Both the position numbers and the translations under genes were made by a program. The notes beneath the pieces are model-generated. The model made no database searches. It was not told where the DNA came from and saw only the letters and a program-made list of their open reading frames with translations. A DNA stretch of 64,000 nucleotides from the human T2T-CHM13v2.0 reference genome, Homo sapiens: the NCBI RefSeq assembly GCF_009914755.1, contig NC_060940.1; one strand, written 5' to 3'. Shown here in pieces: positions 55,513 through 64,000 of this stretch; the first letter of the stretch is position 1; each line of letters starts with the position of its first letter.

Positions 55513-55985
55513 CCGTGGTTTTCAAAGTGTGGTCCTGGGATTTGCAGCATCACCTGGGAGGTTTTTAGAAATGCAAATTCTTTTAAAAAATTTTTTTTGT
55601 TTCCCTGGGTTATTGGGGAAAAGGTGGTGTTTGGTTACATGAGTAGGTTCTTTAGTGGTGGTTTATGAGATTTTGGTGCACTCATCACCCAAGCAGTATA
55701 TACTGCACTGATTTGTAGTCTTTTATCCCTCACCCCCTTCCTACCCTTTCCCCCTTGAGTCCCCAAAGTCCATTGTCTCATTCTTTGCCTTTGCATCCTC
55801 ATAGCTTAGCCCCGACTTATGAGTGAGAACACATGATGTTTGGTTTTCCATTCTTGAGTTATTTCACTTAGAATAATAGTCTCCAATCTTGGGCTCCATC
55901 CCAGACCTACTAAAACAGAAACTCCAGAGATGAGGACCAGCAATCTGTTTGAACAAGACCTTCAGGTGATTTCAATGCACACCAT
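55513..55985. mobile_element. MER5A split by an L1PB 3' end (55580-55888, minus strand)
   Basis: GTGGTTTTCAAAGTGTGGTCC...AGAAATGCAAATTC; L1PB TTTGGTTACATGAG...CATCCTCATAGCTTAG; MER5A resumes CCCAGACCTACT. Confidence 0.82.
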
Positions 55986-55989
55986 ATGG

Positions 55990-56440
55990 AATTGTTCTAT
56001 TGTTCACCTCAGTTGGTGGATGCCTGGATTAGTTCCATTTTTTTTTTCTTACAACAGCAAAAAGTCTGTATTGAACATTCTATCAGGTACACCTTCATGG
56101 ACCCACGCAAGTATTTCTACATGACACATTCTTTAAAATGATTTACTAGGACAAATGATGTACCTACTTAAATGTTCATAGATGTGCCAGATGGACTTCC
56201 TAAAAGGTTGCACCAATTTGCATTCCCACCACAGAGAATGAAGGGGTACATGTCCCCACAGCCTTTCCAGCTTCAATTAAGTATATCAGATGTTTTCACT
56301 TTCTGTTCCAATTTGAGAGGTGAAAATTATATCTTGTTTTGATTTGCACTTCTTTAAGAGTGAAATTGAGCATATTTTCCTATATTTATTAGCCATTTTA
56401 GCATAGTACTTTTTTGGTTGTCTCTATTTTCAGCAATCAA
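55990..56440 (-). mobile_element. L1ME fragment
   Basis: AAAGGTTGCACCAATTTGCATTCCCACCA...TTGAGCATATTTTC. Confidence 0.7.
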
Positions 56441-56543
56441 TAATATGACTTGTATAACTTTTTTAAAAAAAGAAAAAAACATGCTAGTCCCCTCTTTTCT
56501 GCAAAATACAGTCTTATGAAGGAGCCAGTGCGGGGTCAAGTGT

Positions 56544-56656
56544 GGGGTGACCAACCATAGTGATTTGCCCAAGATGGAGGTGTTTCTACGGACATGGGAC
56601 CTTCAGTGCTAAAACTGAGAAAGTCCAAAGCAAATCACAATGAGTTGGTCACCTAG
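56544..56656. mobile_element. MER81/MER94-like hAT-Blackjack element
   Basis: TIRs GGGTGACCAAC / GTTGGTCACC. Confidence 0.7.
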
Positions 56657-57029
56657 GTGGGTGACTTGCTCAGAGTGTCACACAGAAAATCAGCAGCCAG
56701 CCTGAGGGGAGGTTCCCAAATCCCTGATGCCCTGCCCAGGTCTCCTTCTTCTCCAGGCATCTCTCATGGAGAAACAAAAATGGAGACACAGAGGAGTTGG
56801 GTGACGTGACTTGTGAATCTCTCCCAACTAGACAAGAAGCTCCTTTTGCTCATTTACCTCTTTAGCCCAGTGTTGATCACAGAGCCTGGCAAAGAGTTGG
56901 TAGCTAGATTTACACTAAAGGTATTATCACAGTGTTGAGGAAGGGGAAGAGAGGCAGTACCGCAGTATCCACAAAATCACAATCTGCACACAATCAGGAT
57001 CCATCTCATGACTTTTGCAGGGAAATGCA

Positions 57030-57200
57030 GTTGAAGGACCATGGGCTTTGGGAGGACAGACTTGATCTCTAATCATCCCAGTCTCATCACTTACAAGCTG
57101 TCTAACCTTGGAAAACAGCTCTTCACAGTCCTTAGTTTTCTCATATCTAAGATGGGACCAATAATACCTACATCTTAGCAGAATGGTTAGGACATGAAGC
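57030..57200 (+). mobile_element. MIR SINE
   Basis: CACTTACAAGCTGT...ACCTTGG...AGTTTTCTCATATCTAAGATGGG. Confidence 0.7.
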
Positions 57201-59164
57201 AGACACAAGGAAGAGATGACGAAGAGGGCAGGTCATTCTTTCTCTCAAGGATAGGAGAATGAGCACCTGGAGTGGCTCACCCAATTGCCACAAGAGAACA
57301 AGTGGCCTCTGCTTCAGGGCTCTGCACAAAAGAGCTTAGCCAAGGTCTCCACTGGAGGATAAAATATAGTCCAGTCTCTCCTCACCAAAGAAGGCTCCCT
57401 GGCACAACGCTGAATGTGCCTGGAGAAAGAGGTATGTTTTCTTTCTAGAAGGAGCCCTTTCAATGCCAAACTGAACAGCTGTGGGAATGTGTCTACCCAG
57501 AAGGAGCACATTTTTGCAAATTCACACAAAGCAGCAAGCCCTGACCTATATTAGCCCCATGTATCGTAGCCCCTCTGACCTCTCCTATCCCTCGGAACAC
57601 AAAGGAAATGTTTCCCTTCTGAGGACTGCAGTGCCAGGCCAGGCTCACCCTGACAGGTCATTTGAAGAGCGGAATCTTTTGCTCATTATGAATAATAAAT
57701 CATTTGCAGAATAGGAAGTTGCCTCAATTCTGGCATGAGGTCACTGGGAATCACTACAGGAGGCAGATGGGCTGCCTGTTAAGAAGGGAGCTGGCATCAA
57801 GGATTCAGGTGAGCCTCCAGCACAGCTATATGCACAAGCCGAGGTTCAGGATCCAGATGCTGAAGCATCTTTGCCCTGGCTTGGCCATGTGTGTTTACAG
57901 ACCATCAGGAGCCCAGCTGCCTATCTCAGGGAGGTCTTTGTGCAGAATACCAATCCTCCTGGCAGCCGGCCTCTGCTCAATTAAGAGAAAAAGAAAAGAT
58001 GACTGCTAAATGTTCAGTTTACTTCCTTCGCTACAAATATCCAACCCAAGGGAGAGAGTAATCTAATATATTCTGAGATGATTTAAACTCATTTGAATAA
58101 AAAAAAAATTCTGCAGCAGTGAGCTGCACAGAGAATGGGGGTTTGGTGACTCCACAGAACAAGCTGAAAATGTGGCTCAGAAAAGAGAGAAAACCAACAG
58201 AGGTAACTTAAAATCTGACCACTCAACCAGCTAGCCGACCGACTCAACAGACAGGCAAGCCCAGACCAGGAGTAAGCCCCAACGCTGTGTGAAGCCAGGA
58301 TGGATGGTTTTTATTTCTGTTGTCAATGTTCAACCTGAATAAATTATCCTGGAGGAGGGAGAGCTGCAATCAATTAAACCAAAATAATATGTTGATAAAA
58401 GAGCTATGTGATAATAAAAATTAAGTACATTTATTTGGGTGTTGCCCAAATGTTTCACACCCTGTATTCAAGGCACAGGTGCCTCATCTGTCACATCTAG
58501 GCAGATGTAATTCATGCATTCCCTCTGTTGCCATCAGATACAAAATACCTTATTCTTCAGCATGCACACCACTCATCCAGAGACCATCCAGAGATGGCAC
58601 CTGCACACGCAGATCCCCCACACTCACTGACACATGCACGCTCATCCATTCACCCACCTCAGAACTCCACATATACCAGTGGTCAACCATCTGTGCTAAC
58701 AAGATCGTGAAATATTCTGCAGCTCTAGTGGTGTCAACTCTCACTCCTCAGGAGGGTTCTATCCCCCGTGATCTCTGTGGTGCCGGGTCCAGGTCACCAC
58801 AACACAAGGGCGGCTCTGTTCTGCTCAAGCTGTAAGGTCACTGCCGACTCCTGGGGCCCCGGGGTGCTCATCTGCAAGTAGGCACCTGTGTTCTACCCCA
58901 GACCACTGGGGACCCAAGAAAGACCCACACCTACCTCTGCACTCTGGAAATCCTGCTTGCTCTGTTCCTTAAATCAGAGGATCATTAACACAAGAGGGAA
59001 CCAAGAGCCAGCCTGGTGATATAAACAAAAGCAGCTGGCCAGGGGGGCTCAGGTGGGTGTAGACCCTAGCCCCACTTCAAGAAGGCAGTTGCTGCTCAAG
59101 CCCTAGATAATGAAAAGCTACGGTATTTCCAGATGAACCCACCCATTATTAAAATGCTGTCTAG

Positions 59165-59467
<303 letters not shown>

Positions 59468-59657
59468 CTAACCTGTGCTCTTTTCTAATTCTTCTTTTTC
59501 TCTACTCCTGTGGTCCCCCCTGCCTTCACACAGTGGTCTCAGCCTCCCTGCTGCTTGTAGAAAGGAATGTCCTGAGGAAACCCTACACCACTGCAAAGCA
59601 GAATTTCCCACTAGTTGTTTGAATGACACTGGCACCAAGGGAAATACTGCTTATCTA

Positions 59658-60071
<414 letters not shown>

Positions 60072-60904
60072 CTATTTGCCACCTATGCAACCTTGGGCAA
60101 GTTACTTAACATCTCTGAACTTGGTTTCCTCACAGGCTGAAATCAAGCTATTGCTATTGATCTAATTGAATTGGAATGGGGTGCTTTATTCATTCATTCC
60201 ACAAATATTTATTGAGGATCTACTATGTGCCAGGCACTGTTCTAGGTACTGGGAATATAATGGTGAGCCAGTGTTAAAGTACCTGCTTCCCTGGACTCAC
60301 TGGCCAGTAGGTTGGGTAAGATATAATATTTAAAAAGAGCTAGCACGGTGCCTGGAAGACAGCAACACTCAAGTAGTTTTCTGTTCTCTTCTGTCTTGCT
60401 CTCGCTCTTCGCTGGTTGACAAGACGTTGGCACTGGGGTTAGGGCTATTCATCTCCCTGCCAAGCCTTTGCCAAACAGTCTTTCACCCCCAGCTCACAGC
60501 TCCTTTGACCTTGCTGCACCCTGTATTATACTCCTAGACATTTGTCAAGAGCCTACAATCTTCTGTCGATCCTCTCTCACTGCATACATAAGGAATAAAA
60601 CGACTGTGTGGATTCGGCTATTAGTTCAGCTACTGTAAAAGAGGGATGCAGAATAACAGTGGCTTTAAAGGTTAGAAATTAAGTTCTCTGTCATGAAAAG
60701 TCTGGACAGGCAGTCCGTGATTGGTGTGGTGGCTGCTACTTCCGTCTTGTCGCTCTGCCCATCTCACCAAGTGACTTCCTTCTTGTGACCCAAGATGGCT
60801 GCTTCAGGTCCTACCATCACATCTACATCCTGGCCAGGAGAAAAGGAAAAGAGGAAGTGGGGAGGGTATGCTGCTCTCCCTGTCAGGTCATAAGTCAGAA
60901 GATG

Positions 60905-61450
60905 CACGCAACATATGGACATAAAGATGGAAACAATAGATATGGGGGGATGCAAGAGTGGAGAGAGAGTGAGAGGGGCAAGGGTTGAAAAATTACCTAT
61001 TGGGGCCAGGTGTGGTGGCTCATGCCTATAATCCCAGCACTTTGGGAGGCCAAAATGGGCTGATTGTTTGAATCCAGGAGTTTGAGACCAGCGTGGGCAA
61101 CATGGCAAAACCCTGTCTCCACTAAAAGTACAAAAAATTAGCCAGGCATGGTGGCACACACCTGTAGACCCAGCTACCCGGAAGGCTGAGGTGGGAGAAT
61201 CACTTTAGCCTGAGAGGTTGAGGCAGCAGTGAGCCAAGATCGCACCACTGCACTCCAGCCTGGGAAATTGGAGTAAGACCTTGTCTCAAAAAAAATAAAA
61301 TTACCTATTGGGTACTATGCTCATTTCCTGGGTGACAAGTTCAATTGTATGCCAAAACTGGGCAACACACAACATATCTTTGTAACAAACCTGGACAAGT
61401 ATCCCTGGAATCTAAAATAAAAGTTGAAAAAAATTAGAAAAACAAATAAA
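60905..61450 (+). mobile_element. L1PA15-16/L1PB 3' end interrupted by an Alu, inside an MLT1J-like LTR
   Basis: GGACATAAAGATGGAAACAATAG...GTAACAAACCTG...AATCTAAAATAAAAGTTG. Confidence 0.85.
61003..61300 (+). mobile_element. AluJ SINE
   Basis: TSD AAAATTACCTATTGGG. Confidence 0.95.
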
Positions 61451-62077
61451 AAGATGTACCCACTGCTTATTCCCACATCCCACTGGTTAGAATTTAGATA
61501 CATTGCTACATTCAGCTAGCTGCAAGAGAGTCAGGGAAATAGAGTCTTTAGCTGGGAGCCATGTGCCTTTCAGACCCACTGCAGGGGGATTTGGCTATCT
61601 GTCTCTGCATTAACCTTCAGAGTGTTACAGATGTTTGTGAATGACGGGTCTTTTCACGTCTTGTAAGATTTGGTGGTTGTCGTCTACTGGAACGACTTTT
61701 CACATATTTGCAATGAAGAGGGTATAAAAAAGAGCTTGGCAAGATGGGGGACTTTCTAAGGGAGGCAGCCTTCCTGAGTTCCAAAAATCCTTATAGGGTG
61801 GCATTTGCTTTGGTAAATCCCCAAGGTTCACAGTCCAGTTCTCAGCTGATTAGGCTGATATGTTGTCTATCCCCTCACAAAGTATTCACTTCTCTGAGGT
61901 GGACTGACATGAAACTGAGGCTGCTGTGTAAACTATAATTCCAAAGTATTTGTTTACAATGAGAAATACAATTGCTTACTCAATCCCAATGGTCAGCACA
62001 TTCTTGGCTATGGAGAAAACCACATGGGAAGGCAAATTATAATCAACAGTTTGCTTACTACAAATGAAACTAGCTTT

Positions 62078-62200
62078 GCATGGTGTCACATGCCTATAAT
62101 CCCAGCTATTCAGGAGGCTGAGACAGGAGGATCACTTTAGTCCAGGAGTTTGAGACCAGCTTGGGCAAAATAGCGAGACTCCATCTCAAAAATGAAATAA
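62078..62200 (+). mobile_element. FLAM-like Alu monomer
   Basis: Single monomer with A-rich tail. Confidence 0.8.
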
Positions 62201-62489
62201 AACTGAACAAAATGAGCTTGATTAACCTCAAATATGGTGGCCACGATGAGTTTGGCCGGAACTCAGGACCTCTGACTTCTTGTTCTGCTGCTGAAGATTA
62301 CCATGGGTTCTCAAGGGAAAGGATGTTCTAGGCAAAATCATACTGTTTTTCTATCAAAAGGCATTTGTCCCAAATATAAACCTTATGCCCCATTCTAGGG
62401 ACATGCCAAAGTCCTACTCCAAAGGAAGTGACTGCAAGTCTTCTTCCTTGGCTCCTTCCCCCTGTGTTTACTCCTTGATCTTGTGGAAG

Positions 62490-63250
62490 AACATGGCAAT
62501 GCACTGTTCAAATCCCCCTTAGAGAGAAAACACACAGCCCAGCATCAAGGAGTGCAGATAACTGACAGCCTCCAACTGGCAGCAACTTCAGGATGCTCGG
62601 CTTGTGAACCAAGGCATAATCTTCTTGGGGTGGCCCCTGGCCAGTGACTGAGCAAGATGGAGTACTAGGACCTGGCCATTTCTGCCCAATGAGGACTTCT
62701 GTAATGGCCATCTGTATTAGTATATTCTCGTGCTGCTAATAAAGACATATCTGAGACTGGTAATTTATAAATAAAAGAGGTTTAATGGAATCACAGTTCC
62801 ACGTGGCTGGGGAGGCCTCACAATCATGGCAGAAGATGAAAGAAGAGAAAAGGGACTTTTTACATGGTGACAGTCAAGAGAGCTTGTGCAGGGGAACTCC
62901 CATTTATAAAACTATCAGATCTCATGAGATTTATTCACTACCACGAGAATAGTATGGGGGAAACCACCCCCATGATTCAATTATCTCAACCTGGCCCCAC
63001 CCTTGATACTTTGAGATTATTACAATTCAAGTTGAGATTTGGGTGGGGACACAGCAAAACTATATCAGCATCCTTTGCTCCAGAGCTCCCTGCTAGGCTG
63101 GCAGAGACCTTGTGAGGTCTGCAATTTGGTTTTACAGCTCCTCCAGCACAACCCTGTCTCTTCTCATTTTCTTTTCACAAGTGTTACTCTCCTCAAAACT
63201 TTTTGCCCTCTAACTCCACTACAGCATTCTAAAGAGACCAGCCTGCAACA
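62490..63250 (+). mobile_element. ERVL LTR16-like LTR interrupted by THE1
   Basis: CTGACAGCCTCC...GGCCATTTCTGCCCAA...TTTGCTCCAGAGCTCCC. Confidence 0.55.
62713..63067 (-). mobile_element. THE1B/C solo LTR
   Basis: TGTATTAGT...GCTAATAAAGACATA...GGGGACACAGCAAAACTATATCA; TSD (C/G)CATC. Confidence 0.9.
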
Positions 63251-63261
63251 GTGCTCTAGAT

Positions 63262-63476
63262 CAGAGATTGGTCAGCAAATCACAACTCATGGCCCAATCC
63301 TGGCTTATAACTTGTTTTCATAAATAAGCTTTTATCAGAACTCAACCATACCTGTTTGTTCATTTACTTATTGTCCATGGCTGCTTTTGCACTACAATGA
63401 CAGGGTTGAGTAGTTGTGACAGATCAATCTAACATTTAAAATATTAGCTATCTGGCCCTTTACAGAAAAAATTGCA
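63262..63476. mobile_element. MER58A DNA transposon
   Basis: GGTCAGCAAA...GGCTGCTTTTGCACTACA...ATCTGGCCCTTTACAGAAAAA. Confidence 0.8.
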
Positions 63477-64000
63477 TGAGTCAAAAGGTTTAAACCAATT
63501 TGGGTTGGGTTTTCCATTTTTCACAACACCAAAGACCTGGCTTAGATTAAGACTATCTCCAAACCATATCCTCATGACACACTGAGTAATCCAGAGAGGA
63601 GACTGGGATGCCTCAAGACAGGAAGAAAGATGTTGAGAGGGTTCCAGGAAGAGGTGACATGAGTTTGTGCCTCCATGTTCCAAAAGGCCTGGGCAGGAGT
63701 CCTGGCTGCAGGGACTCAGACCTCAGAGATGGATGGTATCTTCATCCCAAAGACCTCTCCTGTGATTGTGGTGCCCTGAGCAGGTATGTTCCCAATTGCA
63801 GTGAAGCAATGCCTTCATGAAACAGTCTGAAGTTATTTCCAAATCCTCAAAGCTGAGCAACTAGGGGAATTTTATTAGACATATTTATTCTATAATCCAG
63901 CATCTCTCAAGACATCCAGGGTTTTCTTTTAAGCTACTTCTCTTTCCTCCCAGACAGGATACTCGTGTGGCTACTCAGATATCAAGAATAAGATGAAAAC

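Overview
Primate (very likely human) non-coding genomic DNA, intronic or intergenic, with no CpG island and no protein-coding exon I can support. Most of the window is interspersed repeats: about 25 Alu/FLAM/FRAM copies, L1PA/PB/MA/MB/MC/ME fragments, long L2 remnants, MIRs, MaLR/ERV solo LTRs (THE1, MST, MLT1, LTR47, LTR16) and DNA transposons (MER5, MER58, MER33, MER47A, MER81/94). All long ORFs trace to repeats or simple repeats. Repeat families were recognised by eye from remembered consensus sequences, so subfamily calls and boundaries are approximate. I found no new gene system. The best non-routine signals are: (1) a circularly permuted, microhomology-joined copy of nearby DNA inserted into an L1MA element (15415-15627); (2) a canonical REST/NRSF RE1 site (54668-54688) and an E-box-dense unique segment (58447-58888), which suggest neuronal regulatory DNA; (3) several fold-back palindromes, including a perfect 40-bp one (21668-21707); (4) old local duplications of apparently unique DNA.
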